The notes: generated from the sequence alone by a model not told the origin. DNA of 64,000 nucleotides from an uncultured Candidatus Saccharibacteria bacterium (GCA_964484655.1 CAZAFA010000001.1:97518-161517); one strand, 5' to 3'; shown: positions 52,403 through 62,203, numbered from the stretch's first letter. Numbers and translations are program-made.

Positions 52403-52820
52403 GCGTCGCGCGGATATCGGGTTTCCAGGAGGCCACCACGCGGTGGTCTCCTGCGTTCTTGAGCGGCTGCTTCGGCTCGAGTATCGCGTCGGGCGACATG
52501 CCGAACTCGTCGGCGATCGCGCGGACGATCTCGTCCGCCTTAACGGAGCCGAACACGGTGCCGGTCTTGTCGGTGCGCAGGAAGAAGTCGATCGCCTTCC
52601 CCTCCGCTGATTCCGCGACCGCGCGCGCGCGGGCGATGCGCTCCTGCTCCTTGGTCCTGCGCTGCGCCTCCCCTGCCTGATGCGCGGAAAGGGTCCCGCC
52701 GGTCGCCGGCGAGGCGAGCTTCCGCGCTATGAGGAAGTTGCGGCCGTATCCTTCGGCTACCTCCTTTATCTCTCCGCGCCTCCCCACTCCCCTGACGTCC
52801 GTCAGGAGCAGCACCTTCAT
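52374..52820 (-). CDS. rplI: 50S ribosomal protein L9
   Basis: [31 protein letters not shown]... at 148 aa. The track merges it into a long artefactual ORF. Its 3' end overlaps rpmA convergently by 29 nt. Confidence 0.85.
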   Translation of the reverse strand: MKVLLLTDVRGVGRRGEIKEVAEGYGRNFLIARKLASPATGGTLSAHQAGEAQRRTKEQERIARARAVAESAEGKAIDFFLRTDKTGTVFGSVKADEIVRAIADEFGMSPDAILEPKQPLKNAGDHRVVASWKPDIRATLTARVRPQP

Positions 52821-52822
52821 GG

Positions 52823-54040
52823 CTATCGTCCCGAGCGCTGGCGGGCGATCTCGAGCGCCTTCTGGAGCTGCGGGTCGCCCTTCGCGTCCGTCGCCTGCGT
52901 GCTCGAGGCCTTGACCTCGAAGTCCGGCTTGAGGCCGACCTTGTTGATCTTGTTCCCGTTCGGGGTCAGCCATTCGGCGATCGTGAGCTTTATGCTCGCG
53001 CCCTGGCCGCCCGGGATGTCGCGGACCTCCTGGACGGTGCCCTTCCCGAAGCTGTTCTCGCCGACCAGCGGCGCGCGACGGAGGTCGCGGAGCGCGCCGG
53101 CGAGGATCTCCGAGGCCGACGCGGATCCCTCGTTGATGAGCACCACGACCGGCATGTCGACGAGGGTCGCGGGGCCTTTCGCGACGAACGGGCGCATCGT
53201 GCCGTCCTTCTCGAGCTCCTTCACGACCACGCTGTCGCGCGGCACGAACCAGCCGGCGATGTCGACGGACACCTCGAGGAAGCCGCCCGGGTTGTTGCGC
53301 ACGTCGAGGACCACCGCGGAGGTGTTCTTCGGGAGGCCGCGCATCGCCTCGCGGAACTTGGCGCCCGCGTCGGCGGTGAACTGGTAGATGGACACGTGCG
53401 CGACGGTGCCCTCCATCTTCACCTCGATGCTCGGGATCTCGATGCGCTCGCGCTTGATGGCTACCTCGCGCGGCTTGGCGCTTCCCGACATGATCAGCAG
53501 CGTGACCGTGGTGCCCTCGTTGCCGCGGATGAGGCTGACCGCGCGGTCGATGGAGATGCCCTCCGTGGTCGAGCTGTTGATGGCGAGGATGTAATCCCCC
53601 GCCTTCAGCCCGGCGCGCTCGGCCGGCGTGCCCTTGAGCGGCGCGATGACGGCGAGGTTGCCGTCCTTCATGCCGAGCTCGACGCCCACGCCGCCGAAGC
53701 TGCCCTGGACCTCCTGGCTGAAGCGCTGGTTCTCCTCCGGGCTGAAGAAGACCGTGTACGGGTCGCCGAGGCTGTCCACGAGGCCGCGGATGGCGCCGTA
53801 GATGCGCTGCTGCGAGGAATCGTCGTCGGCCTTGTACGCCGAGGCGTCCAGGAGGCGCCACGCCTTCCAGAACAGGCCGAAGTCGCCCGCGTCGATGTCG
53901 CTCGGGACGGTCGCGTTGGCGACGCTCGCCGCGCTCGCGTCCGGGTTCCGGGCCCCTGCCGCGTAGCCGCCCGCGAACGCGAACCCTCCCACGAGGACGA
54001 TCCCGGCGACGATGAGTGCTGCGAGTTTCTTGCGGCGCAT
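52823..54040 (-). CDS. ctpA: Carboxyl-terminal processing protease (S41, Ctp/Prc) with a PDZ domain
   Basis: Signal anchor, a PDZ domain (GLKAGDYILAIN) and the S41 catalytic region (...NEGSASASEILAGAL... with the Ser/Lys dyad). Confidence 0.85.
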   Translation of the reverse strand: MRRKKLAALIVAGIVLVGGFAFAGGYAAGARNPDASAASVANATVPSDIDAGDFGLFWKAWRLLDASAYKADDDSSQQRIYGAIRGLVDSLGDPYTVFFSPEENQRFSQEVQGSFGGVGVELGMKDGNLAVIAPLKGTPAERAGLKAGDYILAINSSTTEGISIDRAVSLIRGNEGTTVTLLIMSGSAKPREVAIKRERIEIPSIEVKMEGTVAHVSIYQFTADAGAKFREAMRGLPKNTSAVVLDVRNNPGGFLEVSVDIAGWFVPRDSVVVKELEKDGTMRPFVAKGPATLVDMPVVVLINEGSASASEILAGALRDLRRAPLVGENSFGKGTVQEVRDIPGGQGASIKLTIAEWLTPNGNKINKVGLKPDFEVKASSTQATDAKGDPQLQKALEIARQRSGR

Positions 54041-54080
54041 ACGCCGTGGAGCCTAGCAGAACCGGGCTCCCTCCGCTAGG

Positions 54081-54389
54081 ATGCGAGGAGTGCTTGACCG
54101 CGATCGCTACCTCAGTGAGCTCGCCGCGCGGCGGAGCCGGAGCCGCGTCAGGACCCGCCACCAGCTCATCGGCCTCCTGATCGCCGAGATCCTGCATGAC
54201 CGGGCGCACAAGTCCCTGTACATGCGCATGGCCAAGGACGGCGACCCCGACCTCCTCATGAGCCTCGCCAAGGACGTCGCCTCCCGGGCCGAGGTCGAGC
54301 ATCCCGGCGCCTACTTCATGGCCGTGGCGCACGAGCGCGGCCTCATCCCCTTCACCCATCCCGATGCACCGGATACTCCAGCTCGCTGA
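54081..54389 (+). CDS. Hypothetical protein (102 aa)
   Basis: Protein-like composition. Divergent from ctpA and overlaps the def start by 26 nt. Uncertain. Confidence 0.3.
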   Translation: MRGVLDRDRYLSELAARRSRSRVRTRHQLIGLLIAEILHDRAHKSLYMRMAKDGDPDLLMSLAKDVASRAEVEHPGAYFMAVAHERGLIPFTHPDAPDTPAR

Positions 54390-54861
54390 AGCCGCAGACG
54401 CGTCCGTCCTGCGGACTCCCGCCGTGCCGTACGACTTCTCCGCGCATGCGCCGTCCGAGACGCGCGCGCTCGTCGACGAGATGAAGAAGGTGATGCACGC
54501 GGCGCAGGGCATCGGCCTGTCGGCCAACCAGATCGGCCTCCCGTGGAACGTGTTCGTCGGCCAGCTCAGCAGCGCGCAGGGCAAGCCGAAGTTCTACGCG
54601 GTCTTCAACCCGAAGATCACGTGGAAAAGCTCGGAGACGTACGCCATGGAGGAGGGCTGCCTCTCGATCCCCCGGACGTACGGCATGGTGGAGCGCCCGG
54701 AGAAGATCGTCCTCGAGGGACAGGACAAGCACGGCCGGCCGATCCGGCTGAAGGTCTGGGGCCTGCTCGCGCGCATGTTCCAGCACGAGGTCGATCACCT
54801 CAGCGGCAAGGTGTTCCTGGACCGTGCCACGGCCGTGCAGCGCTACGGCGACGACCGATGA
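54364..54861 (+). CDS. def: Peptide deformylase
   Basis: GIGLSANQIG, EGCLS and HEVDHL, the three PDF motifs. Confidence 0.9.
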   Translation: MHRILQLAEAADASVLRTPAVPYDFSAHAPSETRALVDEMKKVMHAAQGIGLSANQIGLPWNVFVGQLSSAQGKPKFYAVFNPKITWKSSETYAMEEGCLSIPRTYGMVERPEKIVLEGQDKHGRPIRLKVWGLLARMFQHEVDHLSGKVFLDRATAVQRYGDDR

Positions 54862-55706
54862 GGTACGTCCTCTTCGCAACCTCCCGCTTCGGCGCCCTGA
54901 CGCTCGAGGCGCTCGACGCCGCGGGCTTCCCGCCCGCTGCCGTCGTCTCGACGCCGGACCGTCCGGCGGGGAGAAAACAGGAGCTCTCCCCCACCCCGGC
55001 GAAGGTCGCTGCCCAGCGGCTCGGCATCCCCGTGCTCGACCCGGAGCGGCTCGCCGACATCCACGAGGAGCTCCGCGCCCTCGGCGCCGACGTGTTCGTC
55101 GTGGCCTCGTTCGGGCGCATCCTCAAGCCGGAACTCGTGGCGATCCCGCCGAAGGGCGTGGTGGGCATCCATCCGTCCCTCCTGCCGCTCTACCGCGGTC
55201 CCGCGCCGATCCAGCAGGCCGTCCTCGACGGCGTCGCCGAGACGGGCGTGACTCTCTTCCTCGTGGACGACGATTCGGTCGATCACGGCCCGGTGATCGC
55301 GCACGAGCGGACCGACGTGCCTGATGGCGAGACCCTGCTCGAGCTCGAAGCCCGTCTCGCGCAGCTCGGCGCCTCGATGGCTGCAGAGTATCTTCCCCGC
55401 TACGTCGCAGGCGCGATCGTGCCGCATGCGCAGGACCACGAGCGCGCGACCTTCACGCGGAAGTTCTCGAGCGCGGACGGCTTCGTACCCCTGGAGGACC
55501 TGCGGGCCGCATGTGGCGGCGACGGGGAGCAGGCGCGCGCGATCCGTCGCAGGATAAACGCGTTCACGCCCGAGCCGGGCGCCTGGACCGAGCGCGACGG
55601 CGCGCGGATCAAGCTGCTGGCCGCGGACATCCGCGACGGGAAGGTCCGCATCACCCGCTACCAGAAGGCGGGCAAGCTGCCGCAGGACGGGGTCCTGGAA
55701 ATCTAG
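54858..55706 (+). CDS. fmt: Methionyl-tRNA formyltransferase
   Basis: Formyl_trans_N with SFGRILKPE...HPSLLPLYRG and a C-terminal domain. ATGA overlap with def. Confidence 0.9.
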   Translation: MRYVLFATSRFGALTLEALDAAGFPPAAVVSTPDRPAGRKQELSPTPAKVAAQRLGIPVLDPERLADIHEELRALGADVFVVASFGRILKPELVAIPPKGVVGIHPSLLPLYRGPAPIQQAVLDGVAETGVTLFLVDDDSVDHGPVIAHERTDVPDGETLLELEARLAQLGASMAAEYLPRYVAGAIVPHAQDHERATFTRKFSSADGFVPLEDLRAACGGDGEQARAIRRRINAFTPEPGAWTERDGARIKLLAADIRDGKVRITRYQKAGKLPQDGVLEI

Positions 55707-55713
55707 ATGCGAC

Positions 55714-55737
55714 AACGCCCCGGTGATGCCGGGGCGT
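55714..55737. terminator. Bidirectional GC hairpin between fmt and the convergent minus-strand gene
   Basis: ACGCCCCGG-tgat-GCCGGGGCGT. Confidence 0.5.
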
Positions 55738-55753
55738 CTTGATGTCGTTCGTG

Positions 55754-56218
55754 CTAATGCACGCTTGCGGGTGGCGAGACAGGCTTCGCCGCGCCGACTA
55801 CGAAATACCGTGACGGAAGCTCTTCTATCGGGACGCGCTTCACGCAATACTCGACCTTCGAGAAGGTCAGCGTGAGCAGGACCGCTTCGGTCTCCGTGAT
55901 GGGCATCACGAGATGGATCGGCTTGTCGCCGGGAATCCCGGTCTCAGCCAGGAACCATCGCGCGAGTTCCTGCCGCAGCGGCAGTCCCTCGTGAAACGAC
56001 TCGCCTATGGCGTGCCGCATCTCTGAGATGGTAACCGGCGGCTTCTCGCCGAAGACGTCCGTGGACGGGTAGATCCCTATCCGTTTGAAGAGTTCGGGAA
56101 GCGGCGGCGGTGTTGCCGGTCGGTTCTCGTTGCGCGAAGAGAGATTCTCAAGCACGCGTTCCTGAGTTCTTTCATAGTCGGCTGCCAGGCTGACGCCTGA
56201 ACCCGAGTTGTCTGTCAT
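55754..56218 (-). CDS. Hypothetical protein (154 aa)
   Basis: Start set at the ATG (MTDNSG...) with GGAGG 8 nt upstream. The track's upstream GTG adds 5 aa. No recognisable domain. Confidence 0.45.
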   Translation of the reverse strand: MTDNSGSGVSLAADYERTQERVLENLSSRNENRPATPPPLPELFKRIGIYPSTDVFGEKPPVTISEMRHAIGESFHEGLPLRQELARWFLAETGIPGDKPIHLVMPITETEAVLLTLTFSKVEYCVKRVPIEELPSRYFVVGAAKPVSPPASVH

Positions 56219-56282
56219 AATTATATCCTCCACAAGGGGTTTTAAAATCCGCTGGGTAAGCGGGGCTGGTGCCGTTCTCTAT

Positions 56283-59200
56283 TTAGCCTCGCGGGAACTT
56301 CCCAGTCAAGATGTCGTCCTCGAACCGCGCGATGCCGTCGGCGTTTTTCGGGTACGCGGAGATGTCCGGGAACGTGAGCGAGGTCACGAGCCCGTGCACT
56401 TCCTGCGCGAGTCGCGCGACCCGGTCCACCTCGTCCTGACGAAGATCGTCGAGCACGAGGTCGCGGATCGCGCCCTCGCCGTCCGGCACGACGAACGTGA
56501 GCTTGGCCTCCTTCACCGGCTTGCCGGCGAAGCGCGGCGACTGCTGCGCGAGGATCGCATAGAACAGGAGCTGGCGGCGGTTGGCGATGCGGGTGAGCTC
56601 CTTCCCCTTGTCGTCCCAGTCCCCCGCCGTGCCGGTCTTGTAGTCGATGATGACGAGGCCGTCCTCGTCCTCGCGGATCACGTCGGCCTTGCCGGTGAGG
56701 CGAGCCTGCCCGAGCGCGATGCGGTCGCGCGCGAAGCTGACCTCGACGTGCGTCGCGTTCCGCAGCTCGTCCGCCCTCTGCTCGACGAACGCAGCGATCG
56801 CGGCGGTGCCGAGGGCGAGGTGCTCGTCGAGCTCCTTGCCGAAGAACTTCTGCGCCTCGAGATGATCGCGCACGAGTGTCTCCGTCTCATTCCGATCGGG
56901 CAGAGGCTTATCCTGCTGGACGCGGACCGCGAGCCGCTCCAGGACGGCGTGCATGGCGTTCCCGAATCGCATGTGCGCGGTCTGGTGCTGCGGGAACCGG
57001 AGGAGGTGCTGCTCGAAGAAGAGCTCCGGCCCGCAGTGCGCGATGTCGAGGAAGTCGTTGAGCTGGGTCGGGCCGAGCTGAAAGTCAGCGACGAGCCCGC
57101 GGAGCGCCTCGCGCTCCCCCGCGCTCACCGGCTGCGCCTGCTCCTGCCAGGCCAGTCGCTCGCGTGCCTTCGCGGGCGGCGGGAGGCGCTGCGGCAGCTC
57201 GCCGAGGAGCGGCAGCGGCTCGCCCTGCTGCTTCCCCTCGCCGGGAGAGGTCGCGAGGTACAGCTCGCGCTTGGCGCGGGTCACGGCCACGTAAAGGTTC
57301 CGCAGCTGGTCGTCGAAGGAGTCGCCGGGCGGCGCGATCGGCAGGTTCTCGGGGAAGGCGATCTTCTCGCCGCGCCCGCGCCCGTGCCAGACGTCCGTGG
57401 CGCTGTGGAGGAGGACCACGACCTCGAACTCGCGGCCCTTCGCCTTGTGCGCGGTCAGGAGCTGTACCGCGGCAGCGGCTCCGGGTATGCGGGTCGGGAC
57501 CGGCTCGCGGTGCTCGCGGCGCAGGTCGGCGAAGCGCACGAAGTCGGCGAGCAGCGACTCGCTCCCCCGCCGGGAGCCGGCGAACGTCGCGAGGACGCCC
57601 CGCAGGGCGCCGACGAAGGCGAGGAGGCGCTCCGGGTATTCCGCGCGCTCCTCGGGCGTGACGTAGTGCGCGCGGAAGGGGCTCACGCGCCCGTCGGGCG
57701 TCGGACAGGTGCCCATCAGCTCGTCGAGAAGCTGGCTCGCCGAAACGTCCTTCGCGCGGAGGCCGACCTCGATGAGCAGGTCGCCCGCGTCGCGGATCGC
57801 CTGCTCCTCGCTCTCGCGCATGAGGTCTATCCAAGGACGCTTCTGCGCGTACGCCTCGCGTGAGAGCTTCCAGAGCGCGAGACGCGGGATACTCCAGAAA
57901 TCGAACGCTAGGACGCGCGGCAGGAGCGGGTCGGCCTTCCCGGGATCCTCGGCGAGCGCGACCGCGGCGCGCGCGGTCTCGATGAGCTCGACGACGTGCC
58001 GGTCCGCGAGGGCGTCGCGCTGGCGCTCGTAGCTCACCGGGATGCCGGCTTCGGCGAGGTGCGGCGCGAGCGCGTCGAGGTCCCGGTTGCGCCTCCCGAT
58101 GACGGCTATCTCCCCGGCGGGCACGCCCGCTGCAAGCCGCTCCTGCACGACCGCCACGACGGCGTCGCGCTCGTGCTCGCGCGTCGTCGCCGGAATCGCG
58201 ACGATGGCGGGATCGGCCACGGTTCCTCCCTGCGTGAGCGTCTTCGAGAGGCCGGGCATCCGCCCTTCGAGGCGCTCCTTTGCCGCGGCGATGTGGCTGC
58301 GCGCGAGGTCGAGGATGCGCTGGTGCGAGCGGTAGTTGACCGTCATGGTCACGACCGTCGCTTTCGGGTACCGCTCCAGGAAGCCGAGTATGTGGCTGAT
58401 CTCGGCGCCGTGGAAGCGGTATATGGCCTGGTCGTCGTCGCCGACCACCATGAGGTTCGGATTCCCTTCCGCCACGGGGCTGTCCGCGACGAGCGCGAGG
58501 AGCTCGGCCTGCGCGCCGTTGGTGTCCTGGTACTCGTCGACGAGGATGTACTGGTACTCCTCCTGGAGCTCGGCGCGCAGGTCCGGCTCGGTCCGCAGCG
58601 CGCTGACGAGGTCTACGATCAGGTCGTCGAAGTCGCGGAGCCCCCGCTCGGCGAGGAGCTGCTGGTACGTGCGGTACACCTGCGCGAGCGAGCGCAGCTT
58701 CGGCAGCTGCAGGCGCGACTTCAGGCCCGCTCCCTTCGGCTGGAGGGTCGCGCGCTTCCATGCCGAGACCGGCTCGGTGCTGTCCCCCGACTCGGCGTCG
58801 ATGATCGCGCCCTCGAGCGAGCGAGCGAGCGCGGTCGCGAGGTCCGGGTACGCCTTGAGCGGGAACGCGTCGCGCGGGAGATTGCGGATCGCGTCGGCCG
58901 CCTCCGCGTACGCGCGGAAGGCCTTCTTCGAGACCTTCTCCTGCATGAGCGGCGCGAGCGCCTCCTCGATGCGCGGCAGCAGCGCCTCGTTGTGATCGAG
59001 GATGCGGTAAAGCGTGTCGGAGTCGATGCCCGCCTTCTTCAGGTCGGTGATGCGCTGCACCGCGGCGCGGAGGTACACGAGCCCCTCGCTCGGGTGTTCA
59101 ACGCGGAGCGGATCGCGCAGCGGGAGCGCGCGGATCGCCTCGGCGACGAGCTCGAGCTGCTCGACCGCCTCCGCGGGATCGAGGCTCGCGCCGCCGCTGA

Positions 59201-59516
59201 AGTACGCCGGGTACTGCTCCGCGACCTGCTGCGCGAACGCGTGGAACGTGCCGATCTGCACGCGGTACGCGTCGGTGCCGATGAGCCCCGCGAGCCGGGC
59301 GCGCATGTTGCTCGCCGCGGCGTCGGTGAAGGTCAGGCAGAGGATGCTCGTCGGGCCGGCGTCGGTCTCCTGCAGGATGCGGGCGACGCGGAGGGCGAGG
59401 ATCTCGGTCTTCCCGCTTCCAGGCCCGGCGACGACGAGGACCGCGCCCTCGATCGTGTCGACCGCGCGCTTCTGCTCGGCGTTGAGTTGCCGGTACCGCT
59501 CCGGGAAGGAGTCCAT
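56283..59516 (-). CDS. UvrD/PcrA-family SF1 helicase fused to a C-terminal PD-(D/E)xK (RecB/AddA-type) nuclease domain
   Basis: N-terminal AGPGSGKTEILALRVA (Walker A), and helicase motifs II to VI. The C-terminus has GKADVI...GLVIIDYKTG...QLLFYAIL, a RecB-family nuclease core. 1077 aa. Confidence 0.8.
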   Translation of the reverse strand: MDSFPERYRQLNAEQKRAVDTIEGAVLVVAGPGSGKTEILALRVARILQETDAGPTSILCLTFTDAAASNMRARLAGLIGTDAYRVQIGTFHAFAQQVAEQYPAYFSGGASLDPAEAVEQLELVAEAIRALPLRDPLRVEHPSEGLVYLRAAVQRITDLKKAGIDSDTLYRILDHNEALLPRIEEALAPLMQEKVSKKAFRAYAEAADAIRNLPRDAFPLKAYPDLATALARSLEGAIIDAESGDSTEPVSAWKRATLQPKGAGLKSRLQLPKLRSLAQVYRTYQQLLAERGLRDFDDLIVDLVSALRTEPDLRAELQEEYQYILVDEYQDTNGAQAELLALVADSPVAEGNPNLMVVGDDDQAIYRFHGAEISHILGFLERYPKATVVTMTVNYRSHQRILDLARSHIAAAKERLEGRMPGLSKTLTQGGTVADPAIVAIPATTREHERDAVVAVVQERLAAGVPAGEIAVIGRRNRDLDALAPHLAEAGIPVSYERQRDALADRHVVELIETARAAVALAEDPGKADPLLPRVLAFDFWSIPRLALWKLSREAYAQKRPWIDLMRESEEQAIRDAGDLLIEVGLRAKDVSASQLLDELMGTCPTPDGRVSPFRAHYVTPEERAEYPERLLAFVGALRGVLATFAGSRRGSESLLADFVRFADLRREHREPVPTRIPGAAAAVQLLTAHKAKGREFEVVVLLHSATDVWHGRGRGEKIAFPENLPIAPPGDSFDDQLRNLYVAVTRAKRELYLATSPGEGKQQGEPLPLLGELPQRLPPPAKARERLAWQEQAQPVSAGEREALRGLVADFQLGPTQLNDFLDIAHCGPELFFEQHLLRFPQHQTAHMRFGNAMHAVLERLAVRVQQDKPLPDRNETETLVRDHLEAQKFFGKELDEHLALGTAAIAAFVEQRADELRNATHVEVSFARDRIALGQARLTGKADVIREDEDGLVIIDYKTGTAGDWDDKGKELTRIANRRQLLFYAILAQQSPRFAGKPVKEAKLTFVVPDGEGAIRDLVLDDLRQDEVDRVARLAQEVHGLVTSLTFPDISAYPKNADGIARFEDDILTGKFPRG

Positions 59517-59541
59517 GGCCCGATTCTACCCTACCGGAGCA

Positions 59542-60570
59542 CTAGCCGATGAGCGCGCGAGCCAGGGTCACGTATTCCGTGATCCAGGCGAGGCCCGTGA
59601 TCACGACCAGGACGCCGATGCCGTTGAGGATCAGACGCGGATGGCGGATATGCGCCTTCACGAACACCTTGAGCAGGACCGCGAGCGCGACAAGCGTCGC
59701 CAGGAGCGCATAGAAGAACTGGAGCGAACGCTTTGTGGGGAGCGGGACTGATGTCTGCTCCGGCGCCTGGGCCTGAGCAACCGCGATCGGCAGCGGCGTC
59801 ATGGCGAGCGGTTCGGTGGACGAGACGGCTGCAGGCGCGGTCGTGCTCGCGGCGGGCGCGGCTACGGTCGCCTGCGGAAGCACCTTCGGCTTCACCGCTG
59901 CGGCGACCTTCTGTGGTACAGTGGCGTGCTTCGGCGCGGGCGGCTGGACCGTCGGGGTCTCAAGTTCGGCAGCCTTCGCGACCGGCGCGAACGTCGCCGG
60001 GGTCCCGAACATCTGGACGACGTAGACGGCCTCCCGCCCCTTGTACGTGCCGACGGCGGTGGCGATGCCGATCTCGGTGTACTTCGGGCTGAGGATGTTC
60101 GCGCGGTGCGCGGGCGAGGCCATCCAGGCCGAGGTGACGTCCGAGGAGTCGACGAAGTTGACCGCGAGGTTCTCCCCCGCCACCCGGTAGACGTAGCCTG
60201 CCGAGCGGATCCAGTCCCAGGGCTGCGATCCGTCCGGGCTCTGGTGCGCGAAGTATCCCTTCGCGGCCATGTCGCTGGCCTTCGCCTGCGCGGCGCGCAC
60301 GAGGATCGGGTTCACCGTCAGGCCGCCGAGCCCCTGCTCTACACGCTGGGCGTTCGACTGCGAGACGAGGACCGACGTCGAGATGTCGCCCATCAGGGAG
60401 CGGCCGCCAACCTGCCAGTACTGGCCGAGGAAGAGCACCTGGCCGATCACCGCTATGGCGATGAGGCCGAACGCCATCTCGGTGCGCAGGAAGTACGGCC
60501 GGTGATCGTTCTCCGGGTGCGGGACGAAGTACCGCTTGAACGTCCGCGTCATGCCTAAATAATAGGACAA
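59542..60570 (-). CDS. Membrane-anchored CAP/SCP-domain protein (cysteine-rich secretory protein family) with a Pro/Ala-rich linker and a C-terminal TM
   Basis: KGYFAHQSPDG...GENLAVNF...AWMASPAHRANIL matches the CAP motifs. Begins with TTG at 60570; an alternative in-frame ATG is at 60552. Confidence 0.65.
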   Translation of the reverse strand: MSYYLGMTRTFKRYFVPHPENDHRPYFLRTEMAFGLIAIAVIGQVLFLGQYWQVGGRSLMGDISTSVLVSQSNAQRVEQGLGGLTVNPILVRAAQAKASDMAAKGYFAHQSPDGSQPWDWIRSAGYVYRVAGENLAVNFVDSSDVTSAWMASPAHRANILSPKYTEIGIATAVGTYKGREAVYVVQMFGTPATFAPVAKAAELETPTVQPPAPKHATVPQKVAAAVKPKVLPQATVAAPAASTTAPAAVSSTEPLAMTPLPIAVAQAQAPEQTSVPLPTKRSLQFFYALLATLVALAVLLKVFVKAHIRHPRLILNGIGVLVVITGLAWITEYVTLARALIG

Positions 60571-60580
60571 ATCGTGAAAA

Positions 60581-60609
60581 GAGCAATGCCCCGAGACGGG
60601 GCATTGCTC
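60581..60609 (-). terminator. Rho-independent terminator for the minus-strand surface-protein gene
   Basis: GAGCAATGCCCCG-agac-GGGGCATTGCTC followed on the minus strand by TTTTCACG. Confidence 0.55.
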
Positions 60610-60622
60610 GGAACCGGTCTCC

Positions 60623-62074
60623 CTAGGGGAGCTGCGGGACCTGGTTGAGGTCGGCGCACGCCAGGTTGTTGATCTTCGCCTGCGTGGTCTTGTAGACGAC
60701 GCCGCTCGGGGTCGCGGAAGCCATCAGGCCGAGGCGTACCCAGGGCATGAGGATGTCCTCCGCGTACTTCTGCTGGAACGCCATGACCGCGGTCCGTGTC
60801 AGGCCCCCGAAGACGCCAGTGACCGGCAGACCCGTTCCTTCGCGCTCGTTGAGGAAGCCCTGGAGCGCGAGCACTTGGTCGCGCGGGTTCTGCGCGCCCA
60901 TGCGCAGGTAGCTGGTGATTAGCGCGCTGCAGGCGGTAGTCGCGCCAAGGACTTCGCCCTCGGTGGAAGTGCCAAGAACCTGGCCAGGAACGGAGCTTCC
61001 CGACCTGCCGTTGCGTGCAGGATTCTCTGGTTGCGTGCTGGTCGTCGTGGTCGTGGTCTCGTCATCCCCGCCCTCCTCGTCATCGCCCTGCTGGGCGGTG
61101 TAGGTAAGCGTGCAGGAGAGCTCCTGACCGTCCGTCTCCGCCGTTCCGGAACAGGTCGCGCCGAGGTCGTAGCCCTCGACGGTGCTGCCGGTGACGAGGT
61201 AGGCGCCAAGCGGCAGATTATTGATTACGGTGCCACTCACGCTTCCCGGGAAACTTGAGCCGAAGTCTGAGCCAGTGACCGTTACGAGAGCGTCAGAAGA
61301 CGTTCCCGTTCCACCGACGAACTGGACGTAGACGGTGAGTCGCGCGTAGTCCGGATCAGGATCACCTTCCTCGTCATCTCCGCCTTCAGCGTCCTGGGTC
61401 AGGACGATCGTGCAGCTGGCGTTCGCGCCTACGGCAAGCGTGCCTGAGCAGTCGTTGCTGGTGACGGTGTATCCCGCAGGACCCGAGGTCTTGGCGATGC
61501 TGTAGCTGCCTGCCGTCAGTACGATCGCGGTCCCGCTCGCGTTACCCGCGAACGAGGATGGCGACGAGCTCGCGTTAGTAACTGCAAACTGGAAGTCGCT
61601 CGCTGCTGCGGGTGTGCCCGTCGTATTCACGACGGAAACTGTCGCGAGTAGGTTCGCCTCGGTCGGCTCCGGCTCAGACGAGCCGATGCAGACCTGAAGT
61701 GTGGTGCTGGCCTTCACCGAGTTCGCGTTACTGCTCGGATGCAGCTTGATCGTGACCGTGTACGTGCCCGAGGACGCGTACGTATGCGTGCCGGAATAGG
61801 TGTAGGGCTTGCTGTTGCCGGTGCCATTGAACGACCCGATGTTGCCGCTGGTTGTCCCGTCGCCCCAGTTGATGGTGACTGCATTGTTATTGCCGTTGAC
61901 GGTTCCCGCGCCGGCGATCGTGACCGCGTTCTCGAGGGTTGTCGGGCAGGAGTAGCTCGCGATCCCGTTCACCGTGCCGATCGCGATCGTCTCGGCCGCG
62001 GACGCGTACCGCGGAGCCATGACGAACGCGAGGGTAAGGGCGAGACCCGCGCTGATGATCTTGTGTGTCTTCAT
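60623..62074 (-). CDS. Secreted surface protein with two repeated beta-rich domains, acidic DDEEG linkers and a C-terminal peptidoglycan-binding domain (PG_binding_1)
   Basis: Signal peptide (MKTHKIISAGLALTLAFVMAPRYASA). Two ~110-aa repeats each end in C..T...DAEGGDDEEG. The C-terminal LQGFLNEREGTGLPVTGVFGGLTRTAVMAFQQKYA matches PF01471-like PG-binding helices. Confidence 0.65.
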   Translation of the reverse strand: MKTHKIISAGLALTLAFVMAPRYASAAETIAIGTVNGIASYSCPTTLENAVTIAGAGTVNGNNNAVTINWGDGTTSGNIGSFNGTGNSKPYTYSGTHTYASSGTYTVTIKLHPSSNANSVKASTTLQVCIGSSEPEPTEANLLATVSVVNTTGTPAAASDFQFAVTNASSSPSSFAGNASGTAIVLTAGSYSIAKTSGPAGYTVTSNDCSGTLAVGANASCTIVLTQDAEGGDDEEGDPDPDYARLTVYVQFVGGTGTSSDALVTVTGSDFGSSFPGSVSGTVINNLPLGAYLVTGSTVEGYDLGATCSGTAETDGQELSCTLTYTAQQGDDEEGGDDETTTTTTSTQPENPARNGRSGSSVPGQVLGTSTEGEVLGATTACSALITSYLRMGAQNPRDQVLALQGFLNEREGTGLPVTGVFGGLTRTAVMAFQQKYAEDILMPWVRLGLMASATPSGVVYKTTQAKINNLACADLNQVPQLP

Positions 62075-62203
62075 ACCTATGGTGGAAATGGTTGTACCGG
62101 GCTCCCGTGAGCCTGCAGATAAAACCTAACCATCCCCGCCATTACGGGTCAATGAAGCCTGTGCCTTACCGGTGTGTTGTCGGATTGCACCGCAGGAACA
62201 GTC

